Source of the DNA: Candidatus Obscuribacteraceae bacterium
GTDB taxonomy: Bacteria; Cyanobacteriota; Vampirovibrionia; Obscuribacterales; Obscuribacteraceae
Assembly (NCBI GenBank): GCA_044226015.1
Contig: JBGAHS010000010.1
Coordinates: 192,001 to 256,000, forward strand
Reading direction: 5' to 3'
DNA length: 64,000 nt
Shown: one piece after another, positions 45,141 to 54,434 of the stretch
How the letters are laid out: the number at the start of each line of letters is the position of its first letter
Position numbering within the stretch: the first letter of the stretch is position 1
Position numbers and translations under genes: made by a program
Notes under the pieces: model-generated
Databases searched by the model: none
Seen by the model: the letters and a program-made list of their open reading frames with translations, nothing else
Told to the model about the DNA's origin: nothing

Positions 45141-46355
45141 TTGTTTTCAAAGCGCATCCTTCAGGTTCTTGCTTTAGCTTTAACGCTTTCAACGTTCACA
45201 GGCACAGCCCAAGCCAGAGTTAGCTCGCATCGTGGCACTGTTCGGCATCATTCTAAGAGTCATTATTCTGTCAAGGCTCATGGGCGAGCTCACCATCATA
45301 AGACTGCGAGGGTGGTACCTGCAGCTCCGGTGCTGCATCCTGAAATTGGCACGCTTATTATGCGCGAAAACGGACAGGTCGTACTGGATGAGCTTTCAAA
45401 TGTTGAATTTAACCCGGCATCTGTCTCCAAACTCGTCACTGCCTATGGTGCAATAAAGACCTTCGGTATAGAGCATCATTTTAGAACTAGCCTGTTAACA
45501 GATGGTCAGTTGGATAGCGAGACTGGTGTTCTCAGCGGCAATTTATACATTCGCGGTACAGACCCTGATTTCAGGCGCCAGGACGCGTTGTCGCTGAACC
45601 AAGCTTTGTTTGATGCTGGCGTCCGAAAAATCAAAGGACAGGTTATAGTCAATAATCAGTTTTCCTATGGAACATCGCAAGATCCCGCATGGTCTGGTAA
45701 GTACCTGACACGGGTATGGTCGGCTATTCACAAAATTCCAGTGACTGGCGGCGTTGCTGTTGGCGATGTTCCCACTGTCGCGACCGAGCTGGGCTCTCAT
45801 GATTCTGAAACCCTGCGCGATACATTGAAAGAAATGCTTTGTTATTCTCAAAACAATGTAGCCGAGCAAATTGGCAAAGTATCTGGTGGCGTTTCGAAAC
45901 TAGCTGAGATAGTCGGCAAAGAAGCGAATATTGACCCTTCATCAATAAAACTAGCGACAGCAAGTGGACTGGGCAAAGGTCGAATTAAGCCGAAAGACAT
46001 GATGACCATTTTGCGTTCGTTGCGCGGCGAGCTGCAATCATACGGGTTAGATTTGCAAGACATTTGTCCAGTGGCCGGCGTTGATCACGGCACGTTGGAT
46101 GAGCGATTCACAGGTTCTGCCGAAAAGGGGAGTGTAGTCGGAAAGACTGGCTCTCTGCCCGGCACCGATGGTGGTACCAGCACGCTGGTTGGAATGTTCC
46201 GCTCGCAGAAAGAGGACTTTTACTTCGTTATCTTCTGTTGGAAAGGCAACGTTTATAACTTTCGCCACCAGCAAGACGAATTGATAAGGAAGTATCAGGC
46301 TGCAAATGGCGGACCCAAGCCTTTCATTTATAATCTTGCGCAAAGCAGTCTTTAA
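45141..46355 (+). CDS. dacB: D-Ala-D-Ala carboxypeptidase/endopeptidase (PBP4, peptidase S13)
   Basis: Signal peptide; PASVSK (SxxK), SQN (SxN), ASGL and KTGSL motifs. Confidence 0.88.
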   Translation: MFSKRILQVLALALTLSTFTGTAQARVSSHRGTVRHHSKSHYSVKAHGRAHHHKTARVVPAAPVLHPEIGTLIMRENGQVVLDELSNVEFNPASVSKLVTAYGAIKTFGIEHHFRTSLLTDGQLDSETGVLSGNLYIRGTDPDFRRQDALSLNQALFDAGVRKIKGQVIVNNQFSYGTSQDPAWSGKYLTRVWSAIHKIPVTGGVAVGDVPTVATELGSHDSETLRDTLKEMLCYSQNNVAEQIGKVSGGVSKLAEIVGKEANIDPSSIKLATASGLGKGRIKPKDMMTILRSLRGELQSYGLDLQDICPVAGVDHGTLDERFTGSAEKGSVVGKTGSLPGTDGGTSTLVGMFRSQKEDFYFVIFCWKGNVYNFRHQQDELIRKYQAANGGPKPFIYNLAQSSL

Positions 46356-46460
46356 CGCCTTACGGTTTTCGAAACGCCAGAGTGTTGGCACTCACAGGTG
46401 CAATCAACGCGAAGCCTTGAATATTTAAAGGCGGTGCTCCAAACCATAAACAGCGAGGTG

Positions 46461-46781
46461 CCCCGGGTTGTGTACACAGCCCGGGGTCTCATTTTCCAGA
46501 TGCGATCAAAGAGTGGGGTCTGCGTGTTTTACCTATCTGATGACTGCTGTTGCTCAGACTTACGTCAGTATGGACAGGACACTTAGGTCTGCTCTTTAGT
46601 CGGTCGTTCGTCGTCAGGAGAAATCTCCTATAACCAATATTGATCGTATCGAGAATTCCGGCATCGGTTTCTTTGGGGAGTAGCGCATCCGTCAAAGTAC
46701 CGATCAATTTGCATTTTGTTTGCCAGGCAACATTCCGCGAAACTGTGTGTAGCACTGCGTTAACAAAGGTAACGCAGTGTT
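46461..46781 (+). ncRNA. Candidate structured RNA of unknown family
   Basis: Consecutive stems at 46461-46486, 46508-46597, 46616-46629, 46639-46708 and 46751-46781; mismatches are mostly G-U on the + strand. Confidence 0.3.
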
Positions 46782-46901
46782 CGACTCGAGCATTCAGAGT
46801 AGTCGCAAAATATGAATTTGATTCTTCACCATAGCTGACATCATCAGATCAGCGGATGTTAAGGCTCCGTGTGTTGCAGCAATACAAGCATTTTGCTTGT
46901 A

Positions 46902-49900
46902 TTAGGAGATGCCCTTGAAGTCAGATTTTGCGTAATTGAAGTTGTGTACGTGAGTCATTTGAGTCCGGTGTGATTGCTGAGTTTGTACCTTTGTTCTTGC
47001 AGTCTGAATTATGTGGGACATCGCCGAAGCTTTTTCTCTCTCACTTCCATTAATCGCGTCGAAAAGGTCGGTGTAGCTCTGTAGGTCTGTTTGGTGGTTC
47101 TGTGAAAGATAGCCTTCTTCTTGTGCTGTATTCATCGATGCTGATTTCAATGTTTCGTAACTGCTGGCAAAATCGCTGTTGGTTTCGTATGCAAGCTCCG
47201 CCGCATGTGCGATGAAATTTGGTGCCAGAGCGCAGCTTAAATCGGACTGACCACTCATTTCGTAGACCTTCATTACTTGCTCTGCTTCATGGCTGTTCAA
47301 ATTCCTAGACATCTCGCCATGGGCGCTTTGAAAATGATCATCCTCGAGTTCAGGGTGTAGCATTCGCGCTTGTGGATAGGTATAGGTTAGAAGCGCAAAC
47401 ACAGCTTGCTTTCGTCTGACAGGATGCATAGCAGTAACTGCTGCGTTTTGCATTGCCGCTCGCGTATCTATTCGAATAGGAATTCCACTCGAAACGAGAG
47501 AATCGGTAGCTGGTCCAATCTGTCTGTTCCATGGTGATTCGCTCGACTCAGGGTTTGCGATTAGATGCTCTGCATCATTAGCATCTGCCATCGTCCATTC
47601 TCCGAATCTTTCTCTCAGGTAATCGGTGTAAGGGTTACCTTTTTCACCGCAAATATATGCGCGCGACCCATCAACAGCTTGTTGAAACATTTCCTGCTGG
47701 AACCTTTGTTTTGCGATGCTCGTTGTGTTCCAGTTCGTTCCTGAATTACTCATCCAATTAGCACAAAGGTTTTCGATGAGCCCAGAAGGCTGATTGCCTT
47801 TAGCTTTAACTACTGCCGACCTTGCTGCATCAGCGGCTGCATCACTTGTAGATAAATTGTTAGCAAATGCTGCTGTGTACATTAGTTGGGTCAGTTCGCT
47901 GTTGCTGGCACCAGCAGCGACGTTTATTTTCTTAACACCATTGCTAGTGCTCCCTGTAATGCTTGTGGTGGTGGCATCCGTTGTTAATCCAACTCCGTCA
48001 GCGGCAGTAATTCGAGCAATCAATTTTCTAGTATCAACGTGTTTGAGATTCGGTTCATTCCAGCTTGCTGCTGTTGGTGTTTGTAGGCTGAAAGCTGGAA
48101 ACTTGAATCTGATCTCATCCTGAGTCATAGACTTAGGGGCTTCCAGCGGATTTGCCCCTTCCTCTGATGAAAGAGATTCTGCAATGTTATTTGGCTTGGG
48201 TACTAGCGGAGTACTTTGGGTTTCCGGGTAGAACTCTTCTCCAGTAGATGTCTTTGATCTTTGTGTTCGGCTTTGCTCTGTGTGAATCGGCACGCTTATA
48301 TTATTTATGGCGGCTGATTTTGTTTCGCTACTTTGGACTGCTGTAGTGTTTTCTTGGGATCTTAGCGCTGCGCCTGGTGCTCGCAGTTTTGAGTCAGTTC
48401 CATTTGGCAAGATTAGCTTTGGCGCGTTCTCGTCCCCATTGTGTTTATTACCATAGCCATTGGACGCTGGTTGCCTCTGATTCTGTGCGGGTCGATGGCT
48501 GACTTTGTTGGCGACAGGCGGTGTGTTCCGTTCCCATGAGCTGTTGGGTCTGGCATTGTTCAATGAATGAGTCATTTGGGGGGAACTCGAATTAGAGGCG
48601 AGCCCATTCAGAGCTACCTGTTTACTGGTACTCAGTCCAGTATCAGCAAATGAATCTTTGCTGAACCAATCAAAGCCTTGAGTTACGAGGGAACTTGTCA
48701 TGTTTCCTACTCCAGCGAAAGCCTTTTGAATGGTACCAAACGCCAGCCCGGGTGTTATGAAGTCTGAAACTGGGCTGATCTGTGCGCGACCTAAAAAGGT
48801 CGGTACTTGAATCATCAGCTGCAACACACCAATTGCGATGAGTGCTTTTCCGAGAGGGTCCGTATAAGTAAAAAGTAAAATGCTCAAGATTTTGAGCAGT
48901 CCTACCCAAATGAATGTCCATAAACTAGTTTCGACAAGTGCTTTAACGTAGCCCGTAGCGTAGCTTTCTGTGTCGGGAATGGCTAAGAACACAAGGAAGA
49001 CCGGTGCGAAGACATATTGTGCGATAAGAAGCGCTGTCTGAATTGCTTTTAGTACCAAAATGTAGACAAGCTGAGCGATGAGTATGCCACCGAGAATGGT
49101 GAATACTAAGGTACCGGCAAAACTGAATGTTCCGCCCACGATAGAGCCCAGACCTGCACCAAGTCCTAATTTCGCTAGCACAGGAGCAAATATACTCACA
49201 GTTCCGGCCCAAAAGGCTGTGACTCCGAGTCGCAGTGCTTCTGCTATCGTGTAATCAAGCATCATTATTTCTTGGGGAGTACTGGCGCTGATTGCTTTGA
49301 TCATCTCGTTTGAAATCTGAATTTCAAACGCATAGATAGTTGGCCAACCTAGCAGTAAGCCAGCTGTGAATATTAGCCTGCCGACCGGCGCCATCAGGTT
49401 TCCTGCCCCCTGCCAGGATGCATCTGCCCAAAATTTCCAGATAGATAAAATGAAGAGCAATAGCAGCAGGTCAACGGCAATACCATACATCAAGTCAGCT
49501 GCGGCTCTTATTTGTTTTGAAAAACCAAATGAAAATGGATTGTCCAAGCCATCTGTTGCGACGTTGGGATTTAGAACAAATATTCTTAGTGCCTTAGAAA
49601 GAAACTGAGTGGTGTCAGCAATCCAGCCTGCTGTAAGTTCCGTAAGCCATTTACCACCCAGCTGACCAATGTTGTTGAATAAATTTCCAACTATGTCGTC
49701 TTTGGTCCATTGATGCAGCCCTCGATAAATTTGATTTACTTCGCCAAGGCTGGAGTTAAGAATATTGTTGGCTGCTTGCTGCATAGCCATTCCTTCATTT
49801 TGCTCTGCGGCCTGTCTTGCTAGGGTGGTCATGACGGGTGACTTTGAAATGTTTCTAGCCGCGTCAAAAACATTTGGCGCATACTCTCCCGTTAAAATGG

Positions 49901-50141
49901 CATTCACACCTTTATCAATTTTGCCGATGTTTATGGCGGAGGCTCGTTCAACAGCTTGCGCTGAACTCATTGCATCGCTATATGGGTTGGGAATGAGGTC
50001 TGCTTCCGCTGGCGATTGGGATAGGGCAGGAATGGAAGGCAACAGAACCGTCATCATAATCAGTAATATCGGTATTACAGATAGAATGCGATGCTTTCTT
50101 AGAGAGACGGAAAGAAGACGGGCGATGAAAAATGAGCGCAT
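46902..50141 (-). CDS. Large polytopic membrane protein, VirB6/TrbL-like core with long C-terminal extension
   Basis: GAGGT RBS before ATG 50141 (the ORF-track extension runs into repeats). Multi-TM core (GRLIFTAGLL, QTALLIAQYVFAPVFLVFLAIPDTE.YA..YVK), Ser/Pro/Asn-rich linker and helical C-terminal domain. Confidence 0.6.
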   Translation of the reverse strand: MRSFFIARLLSVSLRKHRILSVIPILLIMMTVLLPSIPALSQSPAEADLIPNPYSDAMSSAQAVERASAINIGKIDKGVNAILTGEYAPNVFDAARNISKSPVMTTLARQAAEQNEGMAMQQAANNILNSSLGEVNQIYRGLHQWTKDDIVGNLFNNIGQLGGKWLTELTAGWIADTTQFLSKALRIFVLNPNVATDGLDNPFSFGFSKQIRAAADLMYGIAVDLLLLLFILSIWKFWADASWQGAGNLMAPVGRLIFTAGLLLGWPTIYAFEIQISNEMIKAISASTPQEIMMLDYTIAEALRLGVTAFWAGTVSIFAPVLAKLGLGAGLGSIVGGTFSFAGTLVFTILGGILIAQLVYILVLKAIQTALLIAQYVFAPVFLVFLAIPDTESYATGYVKALVETSLWTFIWVGLLKILSILLFTYTDPLGKALIAIGVLQLMIQVPTFLGRAQISPVSDFITPGLAFGTIQKAFAGVGNMTSSLVTQGFDWFSKDSFADTGLSTSKQVALNGLASNSSSPQMTHSLNNARPNSSWERNTPPVANKVSHRPAQNQRQPASNGYGNKHNGDENAPKLILPNGTDSKLRAPGAALRSQENTTAVQSSETKSAAINNISVPIHTEQSRTQRSKTSTGEEFYPETQSTPLVPKPNNIAESLSSEEGANPLEAPKSMTQDEIRFKFPAFSLQTPTAASWNEPNLKHVDTRKLIARITAADGVGLTTDATTTSITGSTSNGVKKINVAAGASNSELTQLMYTAAFANNLSTSDAAADAARSAVVKAKGNQPSGLIENLCANWMSNSGTNWNTTSIAKQRFQQEMFQQAVDGSRAYICGEKGNPYTDYLRERFGEWTMADANDAEHLIANPESSESPWNRQIGPATDSLVSSGIPIRIDTRAAMQNAAVTAMHPVRRKQAVFALLTYTYPQARMLHPELEDDHFQSAHGEMSRNLNSHEAEQVMKVYEMSGQSDLSCALAPNFIAHAAELAYETNSDFASSYETLKSASMNTAQEEGYLSQNHQTDLQSYTDLFDAINGSEREKASAMSHIIQTARTKVQTQQSHRTQMTHVHNFNYAKSDFKGIS

Positions 50142-50242
50142 GCGGCACCTCAGAATTGAATGCGTGTATATTTGAACTTGTGGCGGTTCACCTTGGAGCG
50201 CGCCATCGTTTAATCGCGCCTGGTAGCGCGATGCGAAGTTGT

Positions 50243-50704
50243 CTGGGAGCGCCGCCATCCTGGCGGATTCTGCGAATCTTCGGACGATGATCTGACTAAA
50301 GCCGCTGCATAATCCAATCAATGCAGTTGCATGATCGGATCAAGGGATCCTACATTAGCTGACATAGCGATTATTGTGCTAGCGTACTTGTCTTTGAAGC
50401 CGGCCGGAGTCCGGCGCTCCCAGAGCGCTTGCAAGATCGATCAATGCAGGTGCAGGTCGGATCAAAGCGCCTGCAAGATTCGATCAATGCAGTCGCAAGA
50501 TCGGATCAAAGCGAATGCAAGATTCGGTCAATGCTGTCGCAAGATCGGATCAAGGCGAATGCAAGATCGGATCAGAGCAGGTCCAAGATTCGATCAATGC
50601 AGGTGCAAGGTCGGATCAAAGCATCGAATCAGCATTAGCTCTTATGGTGATTATTGTGCTACGCACTTTGCTTTTGAATCCGCCATGATGGCGGCGCTAC
50701 CAAG
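50243..50704. repeat. Composite repeat: inverted REP-like ends, two ~71-bp direct repeats and a 22-bp GATC-rich tandem array
   Basis: CTGGGAGCGCCGCCATCCTGGCGGATTC (50243) is inverted against 50676-50704. Units like GCAAGATCGGATCAAAGCGAAT at 50307-50350 (2 units) and 50431-50626 (9 units). Confidence 0.9.
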
Positions 50705-51127
50705 GAGCTTACTCCCTAGCGATCAGTGAGGATGCAGGAGCTGCGAAAAACAATCGCAGGGGTTCCTTTTGTTAGGTTTATTGTGTCTTCGAATAAAATG
50801 GTATCAAGACTTAGCTTAATTGAATTAGGCTCTCGGCAATTATCACGATACGTTGATTCAGACAGCATTCACATGGGAATGAAAATCAGGATGGTGCTGG
50901 GAAGATTAATTTTGACATGGGTTGACCTCGTTAGAAACAGTGTTCTTCAGAACACAAATATGAGAAGTTCATTATGGTGAACTGTGGCGAAATGAGCAAT
51001 ATCAAATTGTTGGCTTGCGTGGGACTAATCCCCCTAATTCGCGCTGTGATTTTGTAACTTGTTAATTCGGTACCTAACCACATCTTGCTTTGGCGACCAG
51101 TTAGAGACAGCTTCAGTCCTTTGTGCA

Positions 51128-51207
51128 GGTGCGTGAGTGGGTTGGTGTGGGTGCCGGTGTGTGTGTGGATGTGTCGTGTCGTGTCGTGTCGTGTAGGTCG
51201 GGGGTGA
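51128..51207 (+). repeat. G/T-rich simple sequence including (GTGTC)4
   Basis: (GTGTC)4 at 51171-51190 preceded by a (GT)n run. Confidence 0.85.
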
Positions 51208-51214
51208 GTTGCTC

Positions 51215-53020
51215 ATGGCTTTGCTGGAAAAAAAGAGTGGCAGACGAAAACTCTATTTTGAAATCAAGCAATATGCGAATGTCTTATCAGTGAAAGACTG
51301 GGGCGATGGAGATGAACGGTTGACGGGCTATCTTCGCTACAGCACTGAGGCTGAGGCATCGAAGCAGCGAACAGCACTATTAGTATCGAAGGCAGAGGAA
51401 GGCTTTAAGGTATCTGATGAAGAAGCCAAAGCGCTACTAAAAGGACCGGTTATTGAGAAGAAAGACAAAGTATTACCGCTGCCTTTTCGGCAGGATTTTC
51501 ACTTCTACAATGAGGCTACCGGATTCACCATATGCAGTGCCAAACTTTTAGGTAAGGAGATTGATGATACATCTGCTCGATGGAAGACTTCTGTCAAGAA
51601 AGGGCTCTTGATTCCCGTCGCTTTAATACAAGACGATAGTTTCAATCTTCGCCTGGTAGTCGGAGATGAGATGTCTGCACTTGAATCCACCGAGTGGGTC
51701 GGAAAAATCGAAAGCTGCCTTGATCTTGATAAAGGTGAGTTATGCATTGGTGCTGGTGCAGAACATTTATATGGCGATAGTGACGATGCCGAAGAAGCAG
51801 ATGAATATTTGCAGATTTTGAAATTGCCTCCAGGCAAATACAACGCAACGCTATACATGTATGTTCCAGGAATTAATGGATTCGCTTGTCTTGATGAAAT
51901 TGCTGGAGGCTATGACAAACATGAGCCACTGCTGCCCTGGTTTCGACGCACAAGAAACAATCAGTCTATTCCATTGTGGTTACAAAACTTGTGCGTATCA
52001 GGATGCGAGATCGATCCATCTAACCCTACCGAATTTACGAACAATCCATTCATAGATTCGGAACAGATTCCAGAGATGATTGACTTCTTGTTGCATTTGC
52101 AACCGGCTTCTGAACTGTCTAGCAAAGATGCTATCGATCCTGATTCGGGATGGTTTCCTGAGATGACTGGTGCTCGTATTCCTGTCAATTGTCCAATAGG
52201 CATTGAGGCTTTGAATTTAATAAAGAAGGAGCCGAAATGCAATGTCGGTCCTATTGTATATCCACGGAACGTATTCGAGTTGCTCAGTTCAAATGAGCCT
52301 AAAGAGCTTGATGGCGGCTTGATACTTGATCTGGATGAAATTCTAGATGTGGTTTACTTTGCGCATTTGACGCATCCAAATTCAATGATGGAAATAAGAA
52401 TGAGTGGTTTAGGAAATCTTGAATTGTTGGATTGGGCAGAAGACATAGAGCAAAGGATTGTGCAGGTTGCATTCTCTGCTGGACAAATTGGTATCCTATT
52501 TGGTAACGACCTTCCAACCTCAGCCTACATCAGTGAAATTCAAAAATTGTTTCCGTCTCTGAAAAAATTGAAAGACGATGTTGAACTTGAATTATGTTTC
52601 TGCAATAACTGGAAAAAAATTGATAGCGTGGTGCCAGGAGCTCACCGATTTCGAGGTAAGTTGAAGTCTGCTCAGTGGCACCTTGATAGTGTTTATCCAT
52701 CCAACTCTTCAAGCGTGATCGCTGCCGGTTTGGCCCTAGCACGGGCGGTGAGGTCATCAGCCTTGACTGTAAATGAACAGGCAGAGTTCGATACTATATT
52801 GAAGAGGGCTAAGAAAGGTTATCCCTACCATTTTGACGATAATGAAATAGTTTGGGAAAAATCGATGGTGACGGTGGTTCCATTTGATCCATTACTTTTG
52901 CAGATCATAGGGCAGGCTGCTTTAGATACTCGTTTTCCAACTGCATGGAAAACGAATATGAGTGCTTTGCTTGATGGTGAAGGTGATGATTTTGACATGA
53001 ATGACTTTATACAAAAGTGA
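51215..53020 (+). CDS. Hypothetical protein with divergent N-terminal WGR-like domain
   Basis: LEKKSGRRKLYFEI...LSVKDWG...STEAEASKQ..LL..K.EEGF follows WGR-domain spacing; the acidic remainder is unrecognised. Confidence 0.6.
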   Translation: MALLEKKSGRRKLYFEIKQYANVLSVKDWGDGDERLTGYLRYSTEAEASKQRTALLVSKAEEGFKVSDEEAKALLKGPVIEKKDKVLPLPFRQDFHFYNEATGFTICSAKLLGKEIDDTSARWKTSVKKGLLIPVALIQDDSFNLRLVVGDEMSALESTEWVGKIESCLDLDKGELCIGAGAEHLYGDSDDAEEADEYLQILKLPPGKYNATLYMYVPGINGFACLDEIAGGYDKHEPLLPWFRRTRNNQSIPLWLQNLCVSGCEIDPSNPTEFTNNPFIDSEQIPEMIDFLLHLQPASELSSKDAIDPDSGWFPEMTGARIPVNCPIGIEALNLIKKEPKCNVGPIVYPRNVFELLSSNEPKELDGGLILDLDEILDVVYFAHLTHPNSMMEIRMSGLGNLELLDWAEDIEQRIVQVAFSAGQIGILFGNDLPTSAYISEIQKLFPSLKKLKDDVELELCFCNNWKKIDSVVPGAHRFRGKLKSAQWHLDSVYPSNSSSVIAAGLALARAVRSSALTVNEQAEFDTILKRAKKGYPYHFDDNEIVWEKSMVTVVPFDPLLLQIIGQAALDTRFPTAWKTNMSALLDGEGDDFDMNDFIQK

Positions 53021-53021
53021 G

Positions 53022-53246
53022 ATGAGTGCATTTAAGTGCAGTGAGCACGGTGAGGATTCACAGTTTGCCGATCCTCTTTGCAACATTAAGCGCCTGTATA
53101 ATCCCGTAGAGCAATTCTTTTGGGAAATTTACTTAACCACACCAGAGAATGTCAAGAAGGCTGCTCCGGCTTGCCTGGAGAGACTTTTTGCCGTTTTGCA
53201 TGGGGACATTCCCATTGACCACGGGACAATATCACAGTTGAATTAA
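53022..53246 (+). CDS. Possible small protein or gene fragment
   Basis: ATG 1 nt after the previous stop; WEIYLTTP resembles the end of GyrI-like domains. Weak support. Confidence 0.25.
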   Translation: MSAFKCSEHGEDSQFADPLCNIKRLYNPVEQFFWEIYLTTPENVKKAAPACLERLFAVLHGDIPIDHGTISQLN

Positions 53247-53298
53247 TTCATCGTCAGGATATAAGTATCGGGGCTCTGGCGAAGGAGACGGTCGGCGC

Positions 53299-54321
53299 AT
53301 GGATTCAGTAAACAGACATCATAGGGGTAACACAGATCGCGTTGAGGATGGCTACAGCCAGTGCCACAGTGAGTGCTACAGACCTCAGCGAAATGATGAT
53401 TGTCATCAGAGAAGCAGTTATCGGCATCATGATCGTTCCGGAGAGATGGCCGCTCAGTTCGGTCTATCGATGGTTTCAAATATTCTAGGCGGAGTGTTCG
53501 GCGGGGGACGGTGTCAGCCTCGCTACAGTTCCTACTATGGCGATGACTATGGCTATGGCTACGGGCGCCATGGACGAGACCCGTATGGACGCGGTTATGG
53601 TTCATTTGATGGCTTCGGGCAGATGGCCGGGGGCAATATTTTGGGTGCTGTGCTCAATGGTGTTTTTGGCGGGCTGTTCAATCGCCACAATCGACATGGT
53701 GGCTACCAGCAGTGGGGCCGCGGATACGATGATAATGGCTATGGTCGCTATGACGATTATGGTCGCAGATACGGTCGCGACAATGACTGGTATCGCAGCA
53801 ACAACAGTTGGGACCAGGGCTATGGCGACAACTGGAACCAGCGTTGGCGCAATCAACAATACTCTCAACAGCAACGTGAATGGCAGTATGAGATGCAACA
53901 GCGACAACAATGGCAGCAACGCCAACAATGGGCTGAAATGCAACAGCGCAATCAATGGCAGCAACAGCATCAGAACCGTCCGCAACATAACTGGCAGCAA
54001 CAACAACGCGAACAGTGGCAGCAACAGCATCAGAACCGTCATGGACAGAACAATTGGCAGCAACAACGCGAGCAATGGCAACAGCAGCACCAACCTAGAC
54101 AAGGACAGAATAACTGGCAGCAACAACGCGAGCAGTGGCAACAACAGCACCAACCCAGACCAGGTCAGAACAACTGGCAGCAGCGTCAGGAATGGCACAG
54201 ACCGCCCACTCCACAGCAGGTTCCTCAGCAACATCATGAGCGCCCACCTGTTCAACGTCTTCCGATGCCTAATCCTCATCAGCAGCAAATGCAACGACCA
54301 GAGCAACAACATCGCCGTTAG
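53299..54321 (+). CDS. Low-complexity Gly/Tyr- and Gln/Trp-rich protein
   Basis: AAGGAG RBS; 340-aa ORF; four 20-aa repeats QWQQQHQxRxxxNWQQxxE at 53953-54192; followed by a terminator. Confidence 0.75.
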   Translation: MDSVNRHHRGNTDRVEDGYSQCHSECYRPQRNDDCHQRSSYRHHDRSGEMAAQFGLSMVSNILGGVFGGGRCQPRYSSYYGDDYGYGYGRHGRDPYGRGYGSFDGFGQMAGGNILGAVLNGVFGGLFNRHNRHGGYQQWGRGYDDNGYGRYDDYGRRYGRDNDWYRSNNSWDQGYGDNWNQRWRNQQYSQQQREWQYEMQQRQQWQQRQQWAEMQQRNQWQQQHQNRPQHNWQQQQREQWQQQHQNRHGQNNWQQQREQWQQQHQPRQGQNNWQQQREQWQQQHQPRPGQNNWQQRQEWHRPPTPQQVPQQHHERPPVQRLPMPNPHQQQMQRPEQQHRR

Positions 54322-54345
54322 AGGCGTAAGTACTGAAAAAACTTC

Positions 54346-54372
54346 AAGAGCAGAGTGGAAAACTCTGCTCTT
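54346..54372. terminator. Hairpin terminator between convergent genes
   Basis: Perfect 11-bp stem AAGAGCAGAGT/ACTCTGCTCTT with a 5-nt loop. Confidence 0.75.
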
Positions 54373-54434
54373 TGCTTAATCGAATTCTTTCTGGGACTGT
54401 TGAGGGCTAATGAATGAACTATAAAAGCCCCGGT

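Noticed and set aside
46508..46597. SRP (4.5S) RNA
   Set aside because: Size and rod shape fit, but the domain IV CAGG-GRAA-AGCAG arrangement is missing on both strands.
50142..50321. N-terminal 60-aa extension of the VirB6-like ORF
   Set aside because: Runs through REP-like palindromes; a better RBS and ATG lie at 50141.
50431..50626. CRISPR array
   Set aside because: Units are contiguous, degenerate 21-22-mers without unique spacers, and there are no cas genes in the window.
50331..50729. 132-aa and 69-aa ORFs over the repeat array
   Set aside because: They are translations of a repeat whose 22-bp period is not a multiple of three; no convincing protein features.
53537..54379. 280-aa (+) and 236-aa (-) ORFs overlapping the Q-rich gene
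   Set aside because: Alternative frames stay open because of CAA/CAG low complexity; only the 53299 frame has a good RBS and a stop before the terminator.
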